From the NCBI GenBank assembly GCA_020353515.1, contig CP070695.1, positions 4,394,823 through 4,458,822 of the forward strand: a stretch of 64,000 bases of DNA, in the 5' to 3' direction. The notes under the pieces were generated by a model that saw nothing but the letters and a program-made list of their open reading frames with translations, was not told where the DNA came from and did no database searches. The translations under genes were made by a program, and so were the position numbers. Shown in pieces: positions 27,210 to 36,686 of the stretch. Numbering within the stretch: the first letter of the stretch is position 1; each line of letters begins with the position of its first letter. Origin of the DNA: Candidatus Heimdallarchaeota archaeon (GTDB lineage: Archaea > Asgardarchaeota > Heimdallarchaeia > Hodarchaeales > Hodarchaeaceae).

Positions 27210-28742
27210 ATGAAGTATTTTGAAAATGGAATCAATGTGTCAAAAGTCCTATTAATCAAACCTAAATTTGATTCTGGTTTATCTAACCTTGTTTGTGAGA
27301 TTCCACTAGGTCTGGAATATATTGCAGCAGCCATAGAATCAAATGTATCCCATATATCAATCATTGATTTATCCCATAGTAAAGTTGATTTAAAAAAAGA
27401 AATTCATCAAATTAAACCAGATATAATAGGAATTACATGTCAATATGCCTGGCATAATGAAATCGTCCGTACAGCACGAACTTGTCGAAAAACCCGTCCT
27501 GAATCTATAATTGTTGCAGGAGGGTATTATCCATCCCTTTTTCCTGGTCTTTTGGATTTCATCCCTGAACTTGACTATATTGTGAAAGGTGAAGGCGAGC
27601 AAACATTTCTGGAAATATGTAACATTGGATTAGAATATCCATATAAAGTGAAAGGGATCTATTTTCGTGAAAACGGGAAGATAAAACTGAGTGGAGAACG
27701 ACCTCCCATTCAGAATCTAGACAGTTTAAAATTTCCAGCTAGGAAGTTCCGAGATTCATATTACACCCATCTCCAGATGCCTGGTCGTTATTACGATTCT
27801 ATATCGACAACACGAGGTTGTAATGGTCGTTGTTCGTTCTGTTGTGAACCCGAAATGTACGGCCATGCTCGACAAAGGAGCCCAGAAAATATAATTCAAG
27901 AAATAGATGAAATTGTAAGATTTCATCAAAATAGTCCCTTAACGATCACCTGCACTGATCCCAATTTCCTAGGTAGACGAAAAGCTGATATAATAAGAAT
28001 TAAAAAGTTATGTGAATTGTTAGAGGAACGACAGTATGATCTCTCCTTTTCTACCCTCGTTCGAGCTGACACAATAACACGAAATCCCGAACTTATACAT
28101 AGAATGGTAAAAAATGGGTTTAACTTCTTCGAGGTCGGTGTTGAAACCCCAGATAAAATGATCCTTAGAAATACTAAGAAAGGACAATCAATAAAAACAG
28201 TTTACAAAGCAATTAAAATTATTACTCAAGCAGGTGGCTTTCCCCTAGGGACATTAATGCTTGGGTTCTCAGGCCAGACAGAGGCGCAAATTCGCCAATA
28301 TCCTGTATACGCAGCTGAAGTATTAGGGGTTAAGGAAGCAGCATTTGTATTTGCAACACCTATTGTCGGAACCAGTTTTTTTAAAGAGGTTCAACATTTA
28401 ATTTTCGAAAATAATCTAGCTAGGTTTAATTATCTTCACCCAACTCTTCGATTTAATCCGCAAATAAGTGTAAATCGAATGTATTTTTTGCTAGGGTATT
28501 GTTATGGTGGATTCTTTACCCCTAGATTGATGAGAGAAAATGATGAATTTTATGAACGATTGATTCCCAATAAAGCAGAAAATCCTGTATTCACTTACAT
28601 TAAATTTGGATTGAAATCATTAGGGGAATTTCCCAATAAAGCTAAATTAGCGTTCATACAGGGGGCAATTACTGGTTATTTTGCCTCCAGAAAGTATCGT
28701 GAGATGATAGAAAATGAAAAAGTTTCCTCTAATCGTTCTTAA
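27210..28742 (+). CDS. B12-binding radical SAM protein (class B methyltransferase-like)
   Basis: PLGLEYIAA, PDIIGIT, GG.YP, GEGE (cobalamin-binding domain); TRGCNGRCSFC (CxxxCxxC). Confidence 0.88.
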   Translation: MKYFENGINVSKVLLIKPKFDSGLSNLVCEIPLGLEYIAAAIESNVSHISIIDLSHSKVDLKKEIHQIKPDIIGITCQYAWHNEIVRTARTCRKTRPESIIVAGGYYPSLFPGLLDFIPELDYIVKGEGEQTFLEICNIGLEYPYKVKGIYFRENGKIKLSGERPPIQNLDSLKFPARKFRDSYYTHLQMPGRYYDSISTTRGCNGRCSFCCEPEMYGHARQRSPENIIQEIDEIVRFHQNSPLTITCTDPNFLGRRKADIIRIKKLCELLEERQYDLSFSTLVRADTITRNPELIHRMVKNGFNFFEVGVETPDKMILRNTKKGQSIKTVYKAIKIITQAGGFPLGTLMLGFSGQTEAQIRQYPVYAAEVLGVKEAAFVFATPIVGTSFFKEVQHLIFENNLARFNYLHPTLRFNPQISVNRMYFLLGYCYGGFFTPRLMRENDEFYERLIPNKAENPVFTYIKFGLKSLGEFPNKAKLAFIQGAITGYFASRKYREMIENEKVSSNRS

Positions 28743-29730
28743 AGGTGATCCATCAAAAATTGGATTTGAACACGGTAAAATCTTGAAAGAACGTATTGGA
28801 AAAACAATCAGCTGGTATAAAAGTATTATACCCAGAAAAGAGTCTGAAGTTTTGTCATTAGCAGCCCACTTCAAATCCAAAATTTCCCGATTTGACCCAA
28901 ACTATTGTAATGAAATTGAAGCTCTAGCAGAAGGGGCTGAAGTCGACCCACTATGGATTTATGCTCTTAATTCTCGTTCAGAAATAATGAATACATTCAC
29001 AAATGAGTGTACAGCTGTTTACTTCAGAGAAACAGCATTATTAGGTCAAAATTGGGATTGGGCTCAAGAATTAGAAGAATTGGCCGTAATTCTAAAGATA
29101 TTACCAGAGAATAAACCAATGATCCTGATGATGAGCGAACCAGGTATAATAGGAAAAATAGGATTCAATTCAAAAGGAATAGGAGTTTCTTTAAATTTTT
29201 TGGACTCAGGGCAGGTTTGTAAGGGTTTGCCTGTACATATAATCCTAAGAGCTATTCTTGAATCTCCAACCCTAGAGAAAGCTACCCATATAATTGAACC
29301 TTTCAAAAAGGGAAAATCAGCTAATATCTTAATTGGTGACGCTCAGGGAGATTATATCGACTTTGAATTTGCCAATCAGCAGGTTTTCCAACCTAGATCT
29401 GACTCTAAGGTTTTTATTCATACAAATCACTATTTAGATAATGTAGAATTGAACATAGACACCGAAAAGTTGGCCAGCTCCTTTACGAGATATAACCAAG
29501 CAAACCAACTTATTCAAACTCTCAAAGGTAGTCATATTGATAAAATTAAAACTATTCTACTTGATCAGACGAGGAAGGATCTACCAATTTGTCGGCCTTA
29601 TGTACCTCATCCCGATTTGGGCAATGTAGGAACTGTATGTAGCATAATCATGGATTTAATTGATTTAAAACTGCATATTACCCGAGGACATCCTTTGAAA
29701 ACTCGTTTTACTTCAATTAGTCTCAAATAG
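28714..29730 (+). CDS. C45 family autoproteolytic acyltransferase/peptidase (Ntn hydrolase)
   Basis: NECT cleavage site, GQNWDW, GKIGFNS.G, HTNHY. Confidence 0.85.
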   Translation: MKKFPLIVLKGDPSKIGFEHGKILKERIGKTISWYKSIIPRKESEVLSLAAHFKSKISRFDPNYCNEIEALAEGAEVDPLWIYALNSRSEIMNTFTNECTAVYFRETALLGQNWDWAQELEELAVILKILPENKPMILMMSEPGIIGKIGFNSKGIGVSLNFLDSGQVCKGLPVHIILRAILESPTLEKATHIIEPFKKGKSANILIGDAQGDYIDFEFANQQVFQPRSDSKVFIHTNHYLDNVELNIDTEKLASSFTRYNQANQLIQTLKGSHIDKIKTILLDQTRKDLPICRPYVPHPDLGNVGTVCSIIMDLIDLKLHITRGHPLKTRFTSISLK

Positions 29731-29770
29731 CTTTCTAGCAGGAATTCCTTTGTTCCTATAAGTATTTGGA

Positions 29771-30700
29771 TTATTTGTATAGATCTCCACTCAAATACTT
29801 AAGCCCAGAATCTACCATCAATGTGACAATAGTAGCGTCAGATTTCAATCTTTTACTAATTTTTAGAGCTGCAGCAACATTAGCTCCAGATGAAATGCCA
29901 GCGAAGAGCCCCTCTTCTTTTGTTAGTCGTCTAGCCATTTCTTTAGCTTCTTTAGTAGAAATTGTAATTATTTCATCAGCAATTTCAGGATACCATAATG
30001 GTGGGGTAAATCCAATTCCAATTCCACCGATCCCATGAGACCCACTTTTTCCCTTGGATAACACAGGAGATTCAGCAGGTTCTACAGCAAATACCTTTGT
30101 GTTTGGATTGTATTTTTTTAAAATAGTAGTTATTCCTCTAATAGAAGCAGCACTCCCAACAACATGGACAAAAGCATCCACTTTTCCATTAGTTTGCTTC
30201 CAAATCTCCTCTCCTAATTGGTAGTAACCTGCAACATGGTCAACATTATTAAGTTGGTCTGTCCAATAAGTACCAGGCTCCTCACTGTATTTTCTTGCCT
30301 TTTCAATCATCTCCTCAATAAGCCTTTTTGTAATACCCTCTCCATGACTTGGAATAATCGTCATGTCAGCTCCAAACGCTTTCATATGATTTATTTTGTC
30401 TTCACTAAAAGCATCTGATGAGACAATCCGTAATCGGTAACCTTTGACAGCACAAATTAATGCTAATGAAGTTCCGGTACTGCCCCCTGTATATTCAATC
30501 ACAGTCCCTCCTTTCATCAATCGGTCATCTTTTTCTGCCTCTGCAATCATAGCTTGTGCCATTCGATCTTTCATACTCCCAGTAGGATTCTCCCATTCTA
30601 ATTTTACTAAGACTTCTGCAGAATCCAATGGTATTATATTGTTTAATTTAACCATTGATGTATTACCTATAGCTTCTAGGGTATTTTTTGCAATCTCCAT
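29771..30700 (-). CDS. cysK: Cysteine synthase family PLP enzyme
   Basis: KLEWENPTGSMKDR, EYTGGSTG, GLFAGISSGAN, DSGLKYLS. Confidence 0.85.
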   Translation of the reverse strand: MEIAKNTLEAIGNTSMVKLNNIIPLDSAEVLVKLEWENPTGSMKDRMAQAMIAEAEKDDRLMKGGTVIEYTGGSTGTSLALICAVKGYRLRIVSSDAFSEDKINHMKAFGADMTIIPSHGEGITKRLIEEMIEKARKYSEEPGTYWTDQLNNVDHVAGYYQLGEEIWKQTNGKVDAFVHVVGSAASIRGITTILKKYNPNTKVFAVEPAESPVLSKGKSGSHGIGGIGIGFTPPLWYPEIADEIITISTKEAKEMARRLTKEEGLFAGISSGANVAAALKISKRLKSDATIVTLMVDSGLKYLSGDLYK

Positions 30701-30722
30701 TTTTACACCGTTGGATTTAAAA

Positions 30723-31619
30723 TCAAGATTTTGTGTCTTCGATAAATTTAATTATTATTTCTGCCAATTCTGGCCCACAATCTTCCTGAACGAAATGTCC
30801 TCCACCTTCTACAACCGTATGATTTACTCCTTGGGCTCCAGGTACGATTTTTTGCCACATACGGTCCCCGCCTTGGGTGATGGGGTCACTATCTGAAAAA
30901 CAAGTCAGGAAAGGCTTAGTCCAGTGTTTAAATTGTTCTCTTGCCTGAGTATTTGGGATATGTTCGGGATCATTAGGAGACGTAGGAACTAAAGAAGGCA
31001 TGACTCTGGGGCCTGCGTGAAATGAATCATCTGGGAAAGGTGCCCGATAGGCGTTTAAAATGTCTTCTGGAGTATCATGTGCTGTTCCCATTTGGATAAT
31101 GGCCCCAACTTCAAAGTCAGGAGAAGTTTGGGAGTACTTTTGCCATTGAAGGAAAGCTTCGGACATCCTACCCGCTCCTGTTGGTAATCCACCATTTGAT
31201 AAGACTATCCGCTTGAAACGGTCTTGATTGGCAACAGCTACCCTTAAACCGATCAGGGATCCCCAATCTTGACAGAATAATGTGATATTCTGAAGATCAA
31301 GTTTGTTTAACCATTTTTCGATCCATCTCACGTGATTAGCATATGAGTGATCTTGTTTATTTTTGGGCTTATCAGATTTCCCGAATCCCACTAAATCTGG
31401 TGCTAAAATCCTAAATCCTGCCTTTATAAGAATAGGGATCATATTTCGGTAAAGATAACTCCACGAGGGTTCCCCGTGCATTAAAAGGATGAGTTCTTCT
31501 TCATTTTCTCCTTCATCAAGATAATGGATTCTAATACCTTCTACATCGATATAATTTGCTTGAAAAGGATAATCAGGAAGATCTTTGAATCTTTCATCAG
31601 GAGTGCGTAGTATTTCCAT
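30723..31619 (-). CDS. Haloalkane dehalogenase (DhmA/DhlA-like)
   Basis: LRTPDERF, HGEPSWSYLYR, DLVGFGKSDKP, nucleophile QDWG, FSDSDPIT, GHFVQED. Confidence 0.88.
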   Translation of the reverse strand: MEILRTPDERFKDLPDYPFQANYIDVEGIRIHYLDEGENEEELILLMHGEPSWSYLYRNMIPILIKAGFRILAPDLVGFGKSDKPKNKQDHSYANHVRWIEKWLNKLDLQNITLFCQDWGSLIGLRVAVANQDRFKRIVLSNGGLPTGAGRMSEAFLQWQKYSQTSPDFEVGAIIQMGTAHDTPEDILNAYRAPFPDDSFHAGPRVMPSLVPTSPNDPEHIPNTQAREQFKHWTKPFLTCFSDSDPITQGGDRMWQKIVPGAQGVNHTVVEGGGHFVQEDCGPELAEIIIKFIEDTKS

Positions 31620-31672
31620 TAAAATTATTTCCTAAATTTTCTATATAGCTCTGCTATTAGATAAAATGCTCT

Positions 31673-32140
31673 TTACGACCAAATTCCTAAACTCTTTCTT
31701 ATAGCAACAATTTGGCCATAGTGATAGGAATTATGTTGTAAGAGAACAATGACGGCCTGGATAACTGGAGCATCATCCCACGCAGGCATGGGGTTATGCA
31801 GATCGGTTGTTTTGATAAGCTTTTCAGCTTCCAAAAGACCATTCTCAAACATTTTAACAAGGTTAATAAAATTTTGATCATCTGATAAATATTCAGTACT
31901 TGGCCAATTGTGATTTTTGGAAATATCCCCCCAATCCACTTCTTGTCCTTTCATTGCTTCGACTATGGCCTTTTGCCAGATTTTTATGTGGTGTATTAGA
32001 TCCCAACAGGAATGATTGTCATTTTCTGGTTTGATTTTCGCGTTTGCAGGGGTCAATCCTTCTATAACTTTTTTTGGATTTAAATGGGTATGCTTCCCAT
32101 ATAGACCATCAACTAATGCTTGAATTAATTTTTCTTTCAT
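31673..32140 (-). CDS. DinB-family protein
   Basis: HS.W..IHH...WQ, WP, QHNSYHYGQIV..RK.LG.W. Confidence 0.8.
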   Translation of the reverse strand: MKEKLIQALVDGLYGKHTHLNPKKVIEGLTPANAKIKPENDNHSCWDLIHHIKIWQKAIVEAMKGQEVDWGDISKNHNWPSTEYLSDDQNFINLVKMFENGLLEAEKLIKTTDLHNPMPAWDDAPVIQAVIVLLQHNSYHYGQIVAIRKSLGIWS

Positions 32141-32230
32141 ATTTCCACCGACTAAATAGGATTGTGATTCACATTTCTGGTTCTGTAATGAGTAACCTTT
32201 AAATCCTTCACGATGTTGTCAAGTGATTCT

Positions 32231-33436
32231 TTATCTAGTATTTCTCATTACCCACGAAGAAAGCCATTTCTGAGCTAGAAGGTGCTGTGATTTATCATTT
32301 TTGTGTACACAGGTGACTAAACCTGGTTCAGATCGGCCAGGATGAATAAGCATTGCATAAATACACGAATTACAAGAGATACATTCCGTTGTGTGTCCAC
32401 CTCGACCTTCTAACCAGCGATTAGGTAAATCTGGTTCACGGATGAGCGGACGTGATAATGCAATGAAATCTACCTTACCTTCTCTAATTATCTCTTCTAA
32501 TCGTTCAATATCTCGATTTCCACCTACTAAGATGACAGGTACTCTTAGATTGAGTTTTTTAGCGTACTTTAAAAAATAACTCTGCTTCTCAAGAACTTTG
32601 ATGTTTGTGTGGGATTCTGGTGCTGGAACAGGTCGGAAACCAAGTTCGGATTCACTTCTGAACAGACATTCCCACATCCCTCCACTTACTTCAATTGCAT
32701 CAACACCTGATTGTTCGATCTCTTGCGCCAATTCAGGAAAATTGTCAATATCGACTCCTCCGTCAATGTAATCTGTACAGTTCATTTTGATCAGAATGGG
32801 AAAATCACCAACAGATTCTCTGGCTTTGTACACAATCTCATGAATAATTCTCACTCTATTGGGAATTGAACCTCCATAAACGTCGTTTCGACGATTCGTA
32901 TAAGGTGAAAGAAAGCGACTCAACAATCCGCCGTGCGCTGCATGGAGTTGAACACCATCAAAACCAACGCTTTTCATATCAACAATAGCTTCTACAAAGC
33001 ATTCGATGATATCATCAATCTCTTCCAACGTGAGCGGTTTTACCTTTCTTTTTGAGTGGGGGGAATCAACCACAGAGGGTCTAGCTGAGAGATTCCCGTT
33101 TTCGAGTTGGGCTATTATTTTACATTCTTGGTTTGATTTGTGTACAATATGAGGCATTCGTTCAATTTCATGAACCCTTAAGTCAATATAATTGACTATC
33201 CACTTTTTTGAACCATTCCTCACTGCTTGTTCTTGAAAAACTGGGAATCCCCCCGAAATAATTAAACCAATTCCCCCAAGAGCAATTTTTCTGTAGAGAT
33301 TTAAAACCTCGTTTGTCATTCTACGCTTTTTCAAGATAGATGGATCCCATGTCGCTGAACGAACCAAACGGTTACGTAAGGTCAAATTGCCTATCTTTCC
33401 TTTTGAAAAAATTCTATAATTAACTCTTCTCATCAA
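32231..33436 (-). CDS. NADH:flavin oxidoreductase (Old Yellow Enzyme family)
   Basis: NRLVRSAT, GFDGVQLHAAHG.LLS.FLSP..N.R.D.YGGS..NR, SRPLIREPDLP, CISCNSC. Confidence 0.9.
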   Translation of the reverse strand: MMRRVNYRIFSKGKIGNLTLRNRLVRSATWDPSILKKRRMTNEVLNLYRKIALGGIGLIISGGFPVFQEQAVRNGSKKWIVNYIDLRVHEIERMPHIVHKSNQECKIIAQLENGNLSARPSVVDSPHSKRKVKPLTLEEIDDIIECFVEAIVDMKSVGFDGVQLHAAHGGLLSRFLSPYTNRRNDVYGGSIPNRVRIIHEIVYKARESVGDFPILIKMNCTDYIDGGVDIDNFPELAQEIEQSGVDAIEVSGGMWECLFRSESELGFRPVPAPESHTNIKVLEKQSYFLKYAKKLNLRVPVILVGGNRDIERLEEIIREGKVDFIALSRPLIREPDLPNRWLEGRGGHTTECISCNSCIYAMLIHPGRSEPGLVTCVHKNDKSQHLLAQKWLSSWVMRNTR

Positions 33437-33535
33437 AAACCCCTGAAAATATAATTTTGAATGCTGAGAGAAAACCCCGAGTTTTTAAAATACCCCTACT
33501 AGGCATAAGTAGAAAGGAAGAAGTTTTTATGATAA

Positions 33536-33784
33536 GAGAGTTTTCCTGAATCCGTAAAGATTACTATTTCAGATAATGGTTCAGGAATTGAGGAAAAAAA
33601 TTTAGAACTTATTTTTAACCAATTTGTTACATTTCCTACCAGTTATCGTAAGGCAGGAACAGGGATTGGTCTCTATTTATCTCGAAAAATCGTTGAAGCC
33701 CATGGAGGTACTATTATCGCTAAAAGTGAAGGATTAGGTAAGGGTTCCAACTTCATCATTGAGATTCCCAGACTTAAAGAATAA
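33536..33784 (+). pseudogene. Remnant of sensor histidine kinase (C-terminal HATPase_c only)
   Basis: ITISDNGSGI...IFNQF...GTGIGLYLSRKIVEAHGGTI...SEGLGKGSNFIIEIP; in-frame TAA at 33533 and no start codon; no N-box or HisKA. Confidence 0.8.
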
Positions 33785-33857
33785 CTGCAAATACTTAATA
33801 TCTTAGAATAAGGGAAAATTTAACATTAAAAAAGGGGAAAAAAAGGATTTTCCTTGT

Positions 33858-34346
33858 TTATGAAATAAGGATGTTTCCAATTTCTGTTCCTATCTCCTGA
33901 AAGGAAGGTTCAACATTAGATTCGAGCGGTCCTTCTCTCCCATAAACAATAGCGGATTGCCGAGGTTTAATGATAGTTATTCCCATCTTTTTCATTTTTG
34001 CCTCAATCCTTCTAGCAGCACTATTCTCAAGAATGAACCACCTTTTCTTATTTAATCGTGAGTGGTTTCGAGTGTCAAAACTGAAGCCTTTCATACGATT
34101 TAAATTCACAGATTCAAGTGTCTTCAAAAAAACCTTCATAGCTTTAGATAATCCGATCATGTGAGTTGGCCCTCCAATAGCAAGGAAGTCATATTTAGCT
34201 ATTTGATTGATATCAATCTCATCAATACTCAGGCATTCAGTTGCAACACCAGATTCTTCAATTCCAGTAGCTAGACTTATAGCGACATCCTTAGTATTCC
34301 CAAAGAGAGAATGATATAATATTAACGCACGTACCATTACTATCAC
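33858..34346 (-). CDS. Flavodoxin family protein
   Basis: YHSLFGNT..VA, IGGPTH, FSFDTR. Confidence 0.85.
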   Translation of the reverse strand: MIVMVRALILYHSLFGNTKDVAISLATGIEESGVATECLSIDEIDINQIAKYDFLAIGGPTHMIGLSKAMKVFLKTLESVNLNRMKGFSFDTRNHSRLNKKRWFILENSAARRIEAKMKKMGITIIKPRQSAIVYGREGPLESNVEPSFQEIGTEIGNILIS

Positions 34347-34352
34347 CTTTAT

Positions 34353-35051
34353 TTAAGTAACCAGACTTTGTTTCTCCGATTTACCAATGGTTTGTCCTGT
34401 CCTTTTCCTATTTCGAATCTCTTGGAAAATTATCACTAGGAGAGATCCAAATGACAAAGGGGAAAATATACACACCCAAATTAAGCTCCAAGCTCTCGCG
34501 TGGAATGGTAGTCCAATCAACAAACCGAATAATACGATCCAGTGGAAAAAATAGAGGAAAAATACATTTTTTTCTTTTTGAGGATACAGTGGCCAATTAA
34601 TAAACCAGAAGAGGAACTCAATTACCCATAAAAAGCCAAGGATAAGTAGTAAGAGAAGACAGAATACTGATTGTTGAATTACAACCACACTATGCAAGAA
34701 GGTTATCCCTAATACAATTGTGAAAATTCCACTGTGGAAAATCAGACTGGAAGTATAATATCTGATAAAAAGTTGGGAAAGAGTATTTGATATTAATCCG
34801 AATCTATTGATTACAAAAAAGAAGTAATTAACCAATATCGGAATCTCCGAGAGAATGAATAGTGGGAAAATGATTCGTCCAAGCTCACGGCCTTCAAGGG
34901 GGATAAAAAAAGGTAGGAAATATCCACCGAGTAATACTAGAGCTAATAGAATCACTAAACTTATGAGAACTACATTCTTCATGGAATCAATTATTTTTAT
35001 ATTTACAGAATCGTTTATATTGTACATTTTTTTCATCCTTGCGATTTTCAA
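34353..35051 (-). CDS. Hypothetical multi-pass membrane protein
   Basis: About 6 hydrophobic segments; start uncertain. Confidence 0.6.
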   Translation of the reverse strand: MKIARMKKMYNINDSVNIKIIDSMKNVVLISLVILLALVLLGGYFLPFFIPLEGRELGRIIFPLFILSEIPILVNYFFFVINRFGLISNTLSQLFIRYYTSSLIFHSGIFTIVLGITFLHSVVVIQQSVFCLLLLLILGFLWVIEFLFWFINWPLYPQKEKNVFFLYFFHWIVLFGLLIGLPFHARAWSLIWVCIFSPLSFGSLLVIIFQEIRNRKRTGQTIGKSEKQSLVT

Positions 35052-35815
35052 CTATAAAAATTCAAGATAATTCTCCCCATTAGGCTGGCGAGGATTTTTT
35101 TCATCCAATTAGTGTTTGTGTCAAAAAAAAACTTCTGTTTAGGGTTGGAAAACCCACTATCTGCCCAATAGGCATAATCCAAAGTCCCCCTGTCGGTAGG
35201 GTCGCTGTTTGCACTCTGCTGGACTTTAAATACAGCTAAAGATAGTAAAGACGGCGATCTGAACTGTTGTCTATCAATAGCAGTAAAAAGCTTCTTAGCT
35301 GCTTTTTTAATTTGCTTGTGATCTTTTTTTAAATCAGGTGGCCCTTTAACAGTCGGAATTTTCAATCCTAATGAACCAACATGATGAAAACCCCAAGCAA
35401 ATGTAGCTGCCCCAAGTGTATCTCGAGCATGTTTGTTACCTGCTGAATGGGCTGTCGTAATGATGAAGGAACATTTCTCGAAAAAAGCAGGACGATGTGT
35501 CAAATGCGCCATACGATCAATTAATGTTTTCATTTCTCCTGAAACATCAGATATATAGACAGGACTTGCAAAAATAACTCCATCTGCTCTTTTTATATTC
35601 TCTACAATCGATAAAACGTCATCTTTTCTTGGACATGAGGATTCTCCTTCATCAAAACAAGTACGACATCCTAAGCAAAACTTCAAGTTATAATCTCGAA
35701 GAAACAGGAACTCCGCATTCACTTGGCCGAGTTTTTTCATTGCCTGAATCATAGCAAAACTGGTATGATAGGTATTTCCGTTCTTTCTAGCACCTAGAAT
35801 AATTAAAATTTCCAT
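35048..35815 (-). CDS. Flavodoxin-like/iron-sulfur flavoprotein (NADPH-dependent FMN reductase family)
   Basis: GARKNGNT, CLGCRTC....CP..DD, ASPVY...VSG.MK..IDR. Confidence 0.85.
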   Translation of the reverse strand: MEILIILGARKNGNTYHTSFAMIQAMKKLGQVNAEFLFLRDYNLKFCLGCRTCFDEGESSCPRKDDVLSIVENIKRADGVIFASPVYISDVSGEMKTLIDRMAHLTHRPAFFEKCSFIITTAHSAGNKHARDTLGAATFAWGFHHVGSLGLKIPTVKGPPDLKKDHKQIKKAAKKLFTAIDRQQFRSPSLLSLAVFKVQQSANSDPTDRGTLDYAYWADSGFSNPKQKFFFDTNTNWMKKILASLMGRIILNFYS

Positions 35816-35853
35816 TTTGTTCCAGCCTAGTCAAAAAGGCTAGAATACAGTAT

Positions 35854-36540
35854 CTAATCAAAATAATGCTTCAATCCCTTATCGATGATGGTGAATAGAA
35901 CATCTAAATATTCCCGAGCTCCTCTTACTAACAATACTCTGATAGCAGAATCAAGAGTACTAAGAGCCATTATAACAGAAAATGGATCTAATTTTGTCGA
36001 AACACCAGCATTTTTCATTGTTTCCAAAATAACGTCTCTCATAAGTTTCTCAATCTTCAATTGATAGTACCTAAGCTCTTTTTCACTTTCAGTTAAAAGC
36101 TGATTCGTCTCTTCCTTCTTAATCATTCTTTCGATAGCTAAACCTAATCTGCTAGGATCAAAAAAAGCTGCATAATCAGGATATTCATCAAGGAAGATAA
36201 CATAGGCATCTCCAAGAGATCGTAGTTCAAATTTGATATCAGGTTGATTTAAGGTGCTCTCAAATGTATGAAAAAGTTTCTCGAAAACTATAGCTGCAAC
36301 AGCGACAAAAAGATCATCCTTGGACTCAAAATAGTTGTAAATGGTTGCCTTACTATACCCCGCTTCATCAGCAATCTTATCAACCATGGTTTGCGAGTAT
36401 CCTTGACTTATAAAGAATTTTTCTGCGATTTTAATGATAGTATCTCGACGATATTTCCGTTCTCGTTCCAACCTTCGTTTTTTAGGAGAAATCGGTTTGT
36501 CATTAGAGCTCATAACTCTTCTCCATGAGATTGAATACAT
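35854..36540 (-). CDS. TetR/AcrR-family regulator
   Basis: A...F...GY..T.VD.IA.EAGYSKATIYNYFESKDDL. Confidence 0.9.
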   Translation of the reverse strand: MYSISWRRVMSSNDKPISPKKRRLERERKYRRDTIIKIAEKFFISQGYSQTMVDKIADEAGYSKATIYNYFESKDDLFVAVAAIVFEKLFHTFESTLNQPDIKFELRSLGDAYVIFLDEYPDYAAFFDPSRLGLAIERMIKKEETNQLLTESEKELRYYQLKIEKLMRDVILETMKNAGVSTKLDPFSVIMALSTLDSAIRVLLVRGAREYLDVLFTIIDKGLKHYFD

Positions 36541-36561
36541 AGGCTTATTAAGATATTGTAC

Positions 36562-36580
36562 TCAAGTCTAATTGACTTGA
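36562..36580. promoter_or_regulatory. Palindromic operator upstream of tetR
   Basis: TCAAGTC-TAATT-GACTTGA perfect 7-5-7 inverted repeat directly upstream of the tetR start. Confidence 0.6.
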
Positions 36581-36686
36581 TTATAGTTAATTTGACTCGA
36601 GTATAAATATGTTCTTTTCTAGGCCTATTGAATTTTCAGTCTTCAGGACATTTCTGCAAAAGAAGTATCCCAACTAAACAACATAT

